Made by a program: the position numbers and the translations under genes. This document shows positions 21,516-30,607 of a stretch of 64,000 nt of DNA, one piece after another. Each line of letters begins with the position of its first letter. Positions within the stretch are counted from its first letter, which is position 1. A model generated the notes under the pieces. It was given only the letters and a program-made list of their open reading frames with translations. It searched no databases and was not told where the DNA came from. Location: NCBI GenBank assembly GCA_020348925.1, contig CP070758.1, positions 2,929,688 to 2,993,687 on the forward strand. Direction: 5' to 3'. Source of the stretch: Gemmatimonadota bacterium (GTDB taxonomy: Bacteria; JBHIER01; G020348925).

Positions 21516-22583
21516 ATGAGATTCCTCATTGTTTTTTGTGTGTTGTCTCAAAGCAGCACGGTTTTTTCCGATCACGTAATTCCATCAGATGCTGTCACAA
21601 CCTCGCTCAATGTGAGGTCCTCCCCTTCAGGAGGGAGTCGCGTAGTTGCGACACTCTTCCCCGGCCAAAAAGCAGAATACATTGCTACTGTTGATGATTG
21701 GTATGAAGTGAGACTGTCGACTGGCATGAGAGGATTTGTGAGTAAATCTTGGACAAGAATAGTTGAAGAACAAACAGCGAACGAAGAACCGGTCAGAGAT
21801 TTGACAAGAGAGGCAATTTTATCTGAGCAGGTCCAGACCCTATCCGATAGTCTCAAAAAGTTAAATGATGATATTGACAGTCTTACAAAATATATTAAGA
21901 ATCTCAATGATGAGCCTCAGAGGTATGTCCCTTTTCAAGAACCTAATATGTTGTACATTGTTTCGATTCTCGCTGTTGCGCTCGTTGTAATAATTACCCT
22001 TTTTTCAATCCGATTGGTGCATTTAAAAAGAGATCTCCGGGAAGAGAGACTGAAACTCGCAGAAGAACTGGAGCACGGGGAAGATCTAAAAGTCAAAGAA
22101 GGCCAGAAAGACGAAAAGATGAGGCGGAGGTCCTACTTCGTTGCTTCATCGCCTCGTCTTGTCCAAACGCATGACACCTTCTGCAGTCTTCATATCAATG
22201 TAATAAACTCAGGCGATAATCCAGCTATTTCTCTCAAGACGAATGTCTACATGATAGATATAGGAACATCCCAGGCAACACTTTTCAAAGAATTTCATTT
22301 TAGCACAGCGAACCCAATTGCAAGCAAACAAGATATTACCTTTTCAGAAGAGAATATTGACTTCAGAAGCGAATGCACACCAAAATTTGTTTTGATCGCC
22401 TTGGATTACTTTGATAACTTGTTGAATAAAAAGTTTCAACAGAGGTTTTCATATAAATGGCCGGGAGTCACGATGGGAGAAGCGAGTAAGAATTTTGAAC
22501 ATGTCGACAAAGAAAGAAGCTTGCAGTTGTGGTTGAAGTTCAGAGAATTGAAGTGGGAACGAAAAAGGAGTTCGGGGATGTAA
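21516..22583 (+). CDS. SH3-domain, coiled-coil, single-TM protein
   Basis: SH3_3 motif LNVRSSPS..WYEVRL..GFVSKSW, a coiled coil and a TM segment. Start codon uncertain (21378/21501/21516). Confidence 0.7.
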   Translation: MRFLIVFCVLSQSSTVFSDHVIPSDAVTTSLNVRSSPSGGSRVVATLFPGQKAEYIATVDDWYEVRLSTGMRGFVSKSWTRIVEEQTANEEPVRDLTREAILSEQVQTLSDSLKKLNDDIDSLTKYIKNLNDEPQRYVPFQEPNMLYIVSILAVALVVIITLFSIRLVHLKRDLREERLKLAEELEHGEDLKVKEGQKDEKMRRRSYFVASSPRLVQTHDTFCSLHINVINSGDNPAISLKTNVYMIDIGTSQATLFKEFHFSTANPIASKQDITFSEENIDFRSECTPKFVLIALDYFDNLLNKKFQQRFSYKWPGVTMGEASKNFEHVDKERSLQLWLKFRELKWERKRSSGM

Positions 22584-22922
22584 GGGATTCGGAGTTTGGA
22601 ATATGGAAGCCAACACCAGAGGGTAGCTAAGATAGTGATGCGTAGGAATAAGAGCAAGAAGGAGGTGAAGAGTTGATGGAAGCAATGTTCGGTCATTGGC
22701 TCGATGTGGTTATGTTTGGGATCACGGCATGGGCATTGTTTTTCTGAGGGTATTGCAAACCTAAATAATTGGTGCATCACTATGATGATTGCAAAGTACA
22801 AGGATTCGATGGACTTTTTGCCTTGAGTCCGTTCTATGTCCCAATGCGGAACGGGAGAGGTGTTCTTGCCATTCGAATCAAAGCGAGGTGTGATAAAAAC
22901 TTCAAACCGAAGGAGGGTTGAC

Positions 22923-23135
22923 ATGAGTGACGTACAACAAGGGGGAGAGGTTCTGGTAGTTGTTTCAAAGTTGAAAGGTTACATTCGCACAAAGTCAGGA
23001 ATGAACACTTCGGGGAATGTCGCCCCGGTTTTGTCGGACATTGTCCGCGGATTGTGCGACCAGGCGATAGAAAAGGCGAGAGAAGCCGGTCGCAAGACGG
23101 TCATGGACAGAGATTTTAAATCCGATGAGATGTAA
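22923..23135 (+). CDS. Bacterial histone-fold protein (Bd0055/HBb type)
   Basis: EVLVVVSKLKGYIRTKSGMNTS..AIEKAREAGRKTVMDRD matches the recalled Bdellovibrio Bd0055 pattern (LVVxSK, MNTS, RKTVxxxD). RBS AGGAGG. Confidence 0.88.
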   Translation: MSDVQQGGEVLVVVSKLKGYIRTKSGMNTSGNVAPVLSDIVRGLCDQAIEKAREAGRKTVMDRDFKSDEM

Positions 23136-23276
23136 AGGTGAAATCGGAGCTCTCTTGAAGATTTCCAAGTAAAAATGTTTGGCATTCGAAGGCTGCCCTT
23201 TGTTAGGGTAGCCTTTTTTCATGCTCTTCGATTTCAAAATGTTGTGCAGAAGGTGAGGTCGTATCTGAAATATAAG

Positions 23277-23777
23277 ATGGTTGCGTACAAAAAAGTTCGC
23301 CGGTTTTTTCTACCGTCTTTAACTTTAAAGTTCCTGTTGCGCGCCTCATTGGTGGCGATCGTCGCATATCTTTTTTTTGGCCGTGTCTGCATACCCCTCC
23401 GCATTCAGGGCTCCAGCATGGAACCGGCATACCGCAACGGCGGCATCAATTTCTGCTGGAGACCCCGTTATCTGTTTTCAGAACCCCAACGGGACGATGT
23501 GGTGGCGGTTCGTCTTGCCGGAAGGAAAGTGATGCTGCTGAAACGTATCGTCGCGGTTGAAGGTGAACGCGTCGAATTTCGTGATGGAAAGCTTTTTGTT
23601 GACGGGGCAGAGGTGGATGAGCCCTATGTCAGGTACGCGGGTGACTGGAACCTACCGTCTCGTCAGGTTGAAAAGGATCATGTGTATGTCGTCGGGGATA
23701 ACAGGAGCATGGACCTGGAGCACCATGATTTCGGACAGGTTTCGGTAGATCGCATTATCGGAGGACCGCTGTGGTGA
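23277..23777 (+). CDS. lepB: Signal peptidase I
   Basis: GSSMEP (catalytic Ser), LKRIVAVEGE (catalytic Lys), GDNR box and an N-terminal TM. Confidence 0.88.
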   Translation: MVAYKKVRRFFLPSLTLKFLLRASLVAIVAYLFFGRVCIPLRIQGSSMEPAYRNGGINFCWRPRYLFSEPQRDDVVAVRLAGRKVMLLKRIVAVEGERVEFRDGKLFVDGAEVDEPYVRYAGDWNLPSRQVEKDHVYVVGDNRSMDLEHHDFGQVSVDRIIGGPLW

Positions 23778-24271
23778 GGTTGAGATACGCTGTGACAATG
23801 GTCGTGATGATGACATCGGGGACAATGGCTATCCTGTGCTCCTCTCCGGGCGAAGAGGGAAAGGTGAAAAAGCAGTTTCATTTCTTATCGGAGTGGGTGT
23901 CGAAGGATCGCGGGGAAAAACCCCTCACCACGGCGCGAAAGATCCGGAATATCAGGATCCTGTTTGCCCGGGAATGCGCGCTGAAAGCCCACATCGATTC
24001 GTATTCGGGGACGTACACGCCCGACGAGATCGCCGGTCATGCCGCGGCAGTCCGTTCGCGATTTTCGAGCGTTTCTCTGAGTTTTTATGACTTCAACATC
24101 GACTTTCCGGAAGAGGGGTCGGCCAACGTCAATGTCACGGCCAGGCTGACCGGAATCTCCACAACCGGAGAGCGGGTTGATGATGCCCATGAGCTGGAGT
24201 GTCTCCTGAAGTGCGCCGAGGAAAAGTGGATTTTCACTCAGGTTGAGGTGATCGATGTCTTAAGAAGGTAA
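23771..24271 (+). CDS. Exported NTF2/SnoaL-like fold protein
   Basis: Overlaps the lepB stop. Hydrophobic N-terminus with Cys and an NTF2-like end (EEKWIFTQVEV). Confidence 0.55.
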   Translation: MVRLRYAVTMVVMMTSGTMAILCSSPGEEGKVKKQFHFLSEWVSKDRGEKPLTTARKIRNIRILFARECALKAHIDSYSGTYTPDEIAGHAAAVRSRFSSVSLSFYDFNIDFPEEGSANVNVTARLTGISTTGERVDDAHELECLLKCAEEKWIFTQVEVIDVLRR

Positions 24272-24623
24272 GAAGAATATGAGGGGACAGGATCCTTTTT
24301 CGAGAGCTGAGAAAATCCTTTGACCAAACGGTGCCATGAAAAAGTGCGTCAGGAGAGCTCGGAATACGGGCTCGAACCATAAAGGAAATCCAAACAGATT
24401 CGATACGCAAGACTATAATAGTTATGGATATTACGTCAATGTACTGTGGTTGTCTTAATCTTTCCCACATGTTCAAGATGAGCCCAAAAATGGAAAAGTG
24501 TCTTAAGGTACTCTTATTTCATAATCTCTTATAGCAGAAGTCGTTGACATGTAACAGCAGTTACAATGTGCCGAAGCTTTCTACTATTGACTGCCCATAT
24601 TTGTAAAAAATTGGGAAATAAAC

Positions 24624-24652
24624 TTGACACTTCTGGTATTTTTATGTATATT
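24624..24652 (+). promoter_or_regulatory. Sigma70-like promoter
   Basis: TTGACA-17 nt-TATATT. Confidence 0.7.
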
Positions 24653-24668
24653 GGTTGCATTGAACCTA

Positions 24669-24683
24669 GTATACCTGGTATAT
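24669..24683. promoter_or_regulatory. Palindromic operator (GntR-type), copy 1
   Basis: GTATAC-CTG-GTATAT just downstream of the promoter; near-identical to 35277-35291. Confidence 0.7.
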
Positions 24684-24750
24684 CAAATTTCTAATCCATC
24701 CAATTGAGCTCAAGGTTTCTTGTATTTCCGAACTTTGGGAGTTGAGTAAC

Positions 24751-25545
24751 ATGTCAATCGATTTTGAAAATCCTACGCCACTCTACCTTCAAATCGCATC
24801 CGATATTCGAGAACAAATAGAGACAAACACATTCACTGTTGGGGAAAAAATTGCATCACAATCGGAGTTGTGTCAGTCCTACGGCGTAAGTTTGATGACT
24901 GTTAAAAAGGCTCTGTCTGAATTGGTCAATGAGAAATATCTTTATATCAGGACGGGCAAGGGCACCTGTGTCGCAGATATCAACAAGCAAAGCAACTTGA
25001 TTTGGAGAAGAATAAAAGTATAGGTGTTGTATTGAAAGATCTTTCGAGCCCATTTTTTTCATTCATCATTAAGGGGGTTGAGGCGGCTACTCATAAAAAT
25101 GGTTACAACCTGTTAGTGTCTCATACTGCCGGTAAAATGGAGAAGGAAGAGAAGCAGGTTGAACATTTGAGGAACATCGGTGTGAAAGGTCTCATTATCG
25201 CTTCGATGTTTCATACCTATCGGGATATGAAATCGGGTTTCGTTTTCCGGAACTGAAATGTCGAGCAGAAGCGCCCTTCTCTTACAATGATCTCTCGGCT
25301 CTTGATTTTCAAAGGTAGTGTTAGAGAGGGGAAGGGAGGTTCGCCAGGATTTTATCTTCGTGGGTTTCAATGATATTCAAATGAGTTCCCAGCCTGCAAT
25401 TACACTGACGTCAGTCAGGCAGCCAACTTTTGAAATAGGTAAAAAAGTATTCGAGTTCTTCTATCAAAATTGAATAGGAATAAAAAGTATATTGGACATC
25501 TGTTTAAACCAGGACTCATTATACGGAAATCTTGGAATGCCTAAT
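24751..25545 (+). pseudogene. Pseudogene of the GntR-LacI regulator (paralog of 35355..36464)
   Basis: Shared start MSIDFENPTPLYLQIASDI. One-base frameshift near 24990, an internal deletion of about 300 nt at the CATACCTAT/CGGG junction (about 25220), and a degenerate C-terminus (YNDLSAL, RQPTFEIG). Confidence 0.88.
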
Positions 25546-25741
25546 AGAATACTGCGAACGAATGAAAAATGCAAGAGAGTTCAATACTTAATGATCGATA
25601 GTCATTTCCTCATGCCAAGTAATAAAAAAGGGAAAACAAGAGAATTCTTCAAAAAGTTATTTATCCTGTTAAGAGATATATTATTCAACGGCAATATTTG
25701 TATTTGTGAATCCATACCTTAAGAAAAAGCGAGGGCATCAT

Positions 25742-28642
25742 ATGTTCATTCGATTTTGCTTTTCGAAAACTGTGATTGTGCTCATGCTCATGATAACACT
25801 GGTTCTTGGATCTGTTGTTGTATACGGAGCTGAGAAAGGTCAGATCACAGGTTATGTGAAAGCAGCGGAATCGGGTGATCCTCTGCCTGGTGCCAATGTA
25901 ACCCTGGAAAAAACTACTCTGGGAGCTGCAACGGACTTATACGGTAAATACCGTATTCTGGAAGTTCCCCAAGGTACGTATGACTTGGTCATATCCTATG
26001 TCGGATATCAGAAAACAAAATTTCAAGTCATTGTGGAAGCAGGGCAAACAGTACGACAGGACGCTGAGCTCCAGTTCGATGTCATTCAACTCAAAGAGAT
26101 CGTTGTAACGGAACAGTTGGAAGGTCAGGCTAAGGCTATCAATCAGCAGTTGTCGGCAAATACAATTGTTAATGTCGTATCACCGGACAAGATCCATGAA
26201 CTCCCTGACCAAAATGCCGCTGAGTCCGTGGGCCGCTTGCCTGGAATTTCGATACAACGCAATGCCGGTGAAGGCCAGAAAGTGATTGTTCGTGGTTTGT
26301 CCCCACGGTTCAACTCGATAACCGTGAATGGTGAACGGATCCCTTCAACTGATTCTCAGGATCGTTCCGTCGATTTAAGCATGCTGTCCCCGGATGTTCT
26401 GGCGGGCATAGAGGTTTACAAGGCGTTGACTCCTGATAAAGACGGAGATGCGATAGGAGGGACTGTTAACTTCGTAACGAAGAAAGCTAGAGAAGGATTA
26501 CGATTGGACGTCCGCATGCAATCGGGATACAATGGACATGACGATAAGTATGGACAATATAAGAACAGCATCAGTTTCAGTAACCGATATTGGGACAATA
26601 AGCTCGGCGCCGTGATCACCGGAAGTATGCAGCGTGCCAACCGGGGTTCCGACTATATGGAGGCTGATTATATCATCGACGGAGAAAAAGAGGACGGAAC
26701 AGCAAATATACTGGTGAAGAATCTGAATCTGGGTGACCGGCTTGAAGTTAGAAAACGTTACAGTGTCAGTCTGACTCTTGATTATGAACTGGGTCTGGGT
26801 GACCTGTTTCTAAATAGCTTTTGGGGAAAGACAGACCGGGATGAACTGAGACGAAGACGGCGATACAATCTTGAGGCGAATCGACAGGAACGAACGATGC
26901 GAAGCCGTCAACTCTTGACGAACATGTGGACAAACTCAATGAACGGTCAACACTATCTCTTTCCCTTGGGTCATGCCGTACAGATGAATTGGCGAGCTTC
27001 GTATTCACGGACTATTCAGGAGACACCTTTTTCGCATACCACCCGTTTTTACGAACTCAGTGCCTTCAAGGCAGACATTATTATGGATCAGGGTCCGATC
27101 TATATTCCCCTGGCCGCGAACAACAGGCTCGATGAAACGTATTTTAAAAGCAGTCTTTTTGAAGAAGAGAGGGTTGATGATGAGGATATGACCGCGCAAG
27201 TTGATTTCCAACTCCCGTTCACAGTCGGTGACGACGTTTCAGGACATGTGAAGATGGGAGGAAAATTTCGGGGTAAGAACAGGGACAGGGAAGTATCAGC
27301 ACTCGGAACGACATCCTTTGGCCTTGTATGGGATCTTCCTGAAAAATATCCGGATCGCTGGGACCTGGATTCTGAGGGGCGGATTCTCGTCAGCAATTTC
27401 GTAGATACCGGGTTTGAGGCGAACGATTTCGTAAAAGGTGAATACGAGTTTGGCCCAGGCCTGGATGAATCCCAGCTCAACGATTTTTTCGCTATATATC
27501 GGAATGAAACCTTTGGTCAAGATCCTGCGAGCGCTGGACCTTTATATATTTATGATTCCGAAGTCCTGATCGGGAGTTATGAAGCAAGCGAAAAGATTTC
27601 TGCTAGTTATCTCCTTGTGGAACTCAATCTCGGGAACACCTTCTTGTTCCTACCAGGTGTCCGTTATGAAAAAACGACGAATGATTACGCGGCCACCTAC
27701 GCCACGCCGATTGAGACCGAGGATGAAGAGAAACTTATTATGCGGGGGGTGATCGATACCACCGGCGTTAGAAGTTATGAAAAATTCCTGCCGATGTTTC
27801 ATATCCGATATAAACCAAAAACTTGGTTTGACATACGGCTGGCTGCAACAAGAACCCTATCCAGGCCGAATTATTACAATCTTGTACCCTGGCGAACGTT
27901 TACAAACGAAGGTGCCACGCTTGAGCAGGGGAATCCTGATTTGAAACCGGTGATAAGTTGGAATTATGATTGTTTCTTGTCATTTAACAACCGCCTCGGA
28001 TTGTTTACGATCGGGCTTTTCACCAAAGAAGTGGAGAACGTCGATTACACACGGACGCGTCATGTCGAAAAAGAAGAGGATCTTGGGAAAATCACCATAA
28101 TCATTCAACCTGAAAATGTAGAAAAGACAACGCATGTGAAAGGATATGAAGTTGAGCTGCAGACCAATCTGAAGACTTTGCCAAGTCCTTTCAATGGAGT
28201 GGTGATCTATGCCAATTATTCTCATATTTCATCTGAAACGTTCTATCCCTTTCTCCTCGTGGAACATGGTCCGCCTCCCTTTTTCATGCCGATATTCATC
28301 GATACATTACGCACTGCACCAATGATAGGACAGTCAGATCACATTGCCAATCTTTCCCTCGGATATGAGAAAGGCGGTTTTTCGGGCCGCGTTTCAATGA
28401 TCTACCAGGGAAACATACTGAACCAGGTGGATATACGGGAGCAACTGGATGAGTACAAAAGCGATTTCATACGTTGGGATATTGCTCTGCAGCAGAGAGT
28501 TCATAAGGGAGTGAGTCTTTTTGTAAACCTCAATAATATATCTGATCGATCGGAAGGGACGTTTCTTTGGAAGGAGATGTTTCCGACAAACGATGAATTT
28601 TTTGGCTGGACTGCCGATCTTGGAATACGCTACAAGTTCTGA
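25742..28642 (+). CDS. TonB-dependent receptor
   Basis: CarboxypepD_reg-like N-domain, plug motif (LPDQNAAESVGRLPG, VRGL), GNPDLKP and C-terminal GIRYKF. Confidence 0.93.
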   Translation: MFIRFCFSKTVIVLMLMITLVLGSVVVYGAEKGQITGYVKAAESGDPLPGANVTLEKTTLGAATDLYGKYRILEVPQGTYDLVISYVGYQKTKFQVIVEAGQTVRQDAELQFDVIQLKEIVVTEQLEGQAKAINQQLSANTIVNVVSPDKIHELPDQNAAESVGRLPGISIQRNAGEGQKVIVRGLSPRFNSITVNGERIPSTDSQDRSVDLSMLSPDVLAGIEVYKALTPDKDGDAIGGTVNFVTKKAREGLRLDVRMQSGYNGHDDKYGQYKNSISFSNRYWDNKLGAVITGSMQRANRGSDYMEADYIIDGEKEDGTANILVKNLNLGDRLEVRKRYSVSLTLDYELGLGDLFLNSFWGKTDRDELRRRRRYNLEANRQERTMRSRQLLTNMWTNSMNGQHYLFPLGHAVQMNWRASYSRTIQETPFSHTTRFYELSAFKADIIMDQGPIYIPLAANNRLDETYFKSSLFEEERVDDEDMTAQVDFQLPFTVGDDVSGHVKMGGKFRGKNRDREVSALGTTSFGLVWDLPEKYPDRWDLDSEGRILVSNFVDTGFEANDFVKGEYEFGPGLDESQLNDFFAIYRNETFGQDPASAGPLYIYDSEVLIGSYEASEKISASYLLVELNLGNTFLFLPGVRYEKTTNDYAATYATPIETEDEEKLIMRGVIDTTGVRSYEKFLPMFHIRYKPKTWFDIRLAATRTLSRPNYYNLVPWRTFTNEGATLEQGNPDLKPVISWNYDCFLSFNNRLGLFTIGLFTKEVENVDYTRTRHVEKEEDLGKITIIIQPENVEKTTHVKGYEVELQTNLKTLPSPFNGVVIYANYSHISSETFYPFLLVEHGPPPFFMPIFIDTLRTAPMIGQSDHIANLSLGYEKGGFSGRVSMIYQGNILNQVDIREQLDEYKSDFIRWDIALQQRVHKGVSLFVNLNNISDRSEGTFLWKEMFPTNDEFFGWTADLGIRYKF

Positions 28643-28852
28643 CGTTGAGAGAGTTGCACGGAAGTTCGAAATGACGGACCTGACGTTTGCACCACGCTGT
28701 ATCAGAAGGGTATGAGAAGAATATGAGCGAAAATAAGAATAATCAAAATTTCACAGATCAACTTTAACTCATTCAAAGGAGGAAATCAATGTAGAGAATT
28801 CCTGTCGCATCACTATCGTGCTGTTTCACAATATTATAGGGGGTAAAGAAAA

Positions 28853-30334
28853 ATGAAATCTCGCATTCACTATACGTGTATCGCATGTGTCTGTGCTGTT
28901 TTTGGATTGTCCAGCATGGCGAGCGGTCAGCGGATCGTCCATGTATCACCAACGGAATTCGGCATATTGAATAGAGTCATCGCAAATGACACACTGGGAA
29001 ACGGTGAGCGGGTCGATCCCAACACCATCTATGAGCTGGAAAGGGGACCGTATGCGTACTATGTTTTAAGTAGCAGCATTAAAAACAACGGGTATCACCT
29101 GACAATCGTGGCCGAAGACGGTGACGGCGAGCGGCCGAAAATTGTTCCGGGAGTGGTTTCCGGCGGAGAATCATCTCGCTGTTTTCGCCCCTCCAGTGAT
29201 CTGACCCTTAAGGGATTATACGTTACCAACGTTGATCAATCCGGTGCATGGTTCCCGAAAAATATCATAAGACTACAGGGAGAAGGAATCCGTCTTGTTG
29301 TGGATGATTGTCATCTCGATGGCGATATTCAATCCCATGTCCGGTTCGACGCTCACGATCAGCGTGTTTTCATAACCAATTCCGTTCTCAGCAACAGTCT
29401 CTATAACGGTCGAAGTCTCGACCGCCGGGGAAACAGAGTCGATACTCTTGTCGTTGAAAACTGTACTTTTTACAATCTGATCAGTGAGGTTGTGCGGGAG
29501 GGCGATAGCGGATTCGTCAGGTATTTCAAATTCAACCACAACACGGTCGTTAATGTAGGCGTGGAATTTTGCGAGATTGGTGAGACCGTCACCTGCATCT
29601 TTACCAATAACCTGATTGTCAATACCGGCTTTTTTGGTGACAGGACCGACACTCCTGGTTCCAATCATATCCTAGAAATATTTCCGATCACAAGCTGGCA
29701 GCTTGCAGGATTGACACAGACCATCGAATTTCGCAACAATAACTTTTATACGGATTCAGAAATCATTGAGACACAGGCGAATCTTGTGTTGGATGGTTTT
29801 GAAATCAGACCTCTTCCTATGATTGACGATGTCGGAAACGCGCTTGTCGATACGTCACAGTTTATCCACGAGCGCATTCCATTTACCACCGGACCGAGTC
29901 TTGACACGACATTGAACATTATTCGGGTGGTCTGGGAAGACCATGATGGCGACAAGGATTTTGCATCACCTTTTGATAACAGGAATGTCGGTTCATTCGG
30001 GGAGGAAGGATTTGGAACCGTTCCTTTCGATTTTTCCTATCCGGCATCCACCCTTTCCTACACGTCCGCAGACGGTAACCTACCACTCGGGGATCTGAAC
30101 TGGTTTGATATTGAGATTTCTGAAGGAAGAAAGGGTGATGTCGACGGAAATGGGGATGTCGATGTGCTGGATGTGTTGTCCGTGGTCAATCATATTTTAG
30201 GGACAGTTCCCATTACGGATCCCGATGCCCTCTGGCGTGCCGATTGTAATGATGACGACCAGGTCAACGTGCTGGATGCCTTGGGTATTGTGAACGTCAT
30301 CCTTGGAAGCGGTGAATGTGCATCAGGAAATTGA
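28853..30334 (+). CDS. Secreted right-handed beta-helix protein with C-terminal dockerin
   Basis: Signal peptide ending ASG-Q, beta-helix-like ENCTFYN/NHNTVVN/TNNLIVN, GDLNWF, then the dockerin KGDVDGNGDVDVLD..ADCNDDDQVNVLD. Confidence 0.85.
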   Translation: MKSRIHYTCIACVCAVFGLSSMASGQRIVHVSPTEFGILNRVIANDTLGNGERVDPNTIYELERGPYAYYVLSSSIKNNGYHLTIVAEDGDGERPKIVPGVVSGGESSRCFRPSSDLTLKGLYVTNVDQSGAWFPKNIIRLQGEGIRLVVDDCHLDGDIQSHVRFDAHDQRVFITNSVLSNSLYNGRSLDRRGNRVDTLVVENCTFYNLISEVVREGDSGFVRYFKFNHNTVVNVGVEFCEIGETVTCIFTNNLIVNTGFFGDRTDTPGSNHILEIFPITSWQLAGLTQTIEFRNNNFYTDSEIIETQANLVLDGFEIRPLPMIDDVGNALVDTSQFIHERIPFTTGPSLDTTLNIIRVVWEDHDGDKDFASPFDNRNVGSFGEEGFGTVPFDFSYPASTLSYTSADGNLPLGDLNWFDIEISEGRKGDVDGNGDVDVLDVLSVVNHILGTVPITDPDALWRADCNDDDQVNVLDALGIVNVILGSGECASGN

Positions 30335-30378
30335 AAACAGTGATTCCTTGCCAGATGATGACATTTTTCAGATGAGCC

Positions 30379-30565
30379 TATTCGCGAGTATAGAGCTATC
30401 AAATCCTTTTCATCCTGGGATACCTTTTAAAGTTGGATTTTCGCGAAAAAAAGCTAAAATGGCCAGGCTTCCTTCAGGAAGATGACACCGGGCAAATATG
30501 AGTTTCTTCGGGGGAAGGATGAGAACAGTGCTTTTATGAGGGATGAAGTGTCCCCAAATAAATAC
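30379..30565 (+). pseudogene. Decayed CTD (FlgD-Ig/T9SS-like) remnant downstream of the dockerin stop
   Basis: With a one-base gap the DNA reads YSRV*SY(P)NPFHP versus YSLAQNYPNPFNP. It later reads PGKYEFLRGKDEN..EVS..Y versus PGYHSIRWDGTDE..VSSGVY. Confidence 0.55.
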
Positions 30566-30607
30566 AGCGACATAGAGGAGATTTCGCTCACAATAGAGGA
30601 AGTGGCA

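Noticed and set aside
25221-25360. Foreign insertion in the regulator pseudogene
   Set aside because: The segment aligns with 36130-36270 of the intact paralog, so the lesion is a deletion.
30482-30607. N-terminal extension of the phosphatase ORF
   Set aside because: The lipoprotein signal starts at 30608; the extension is better explained as CTD remnant.
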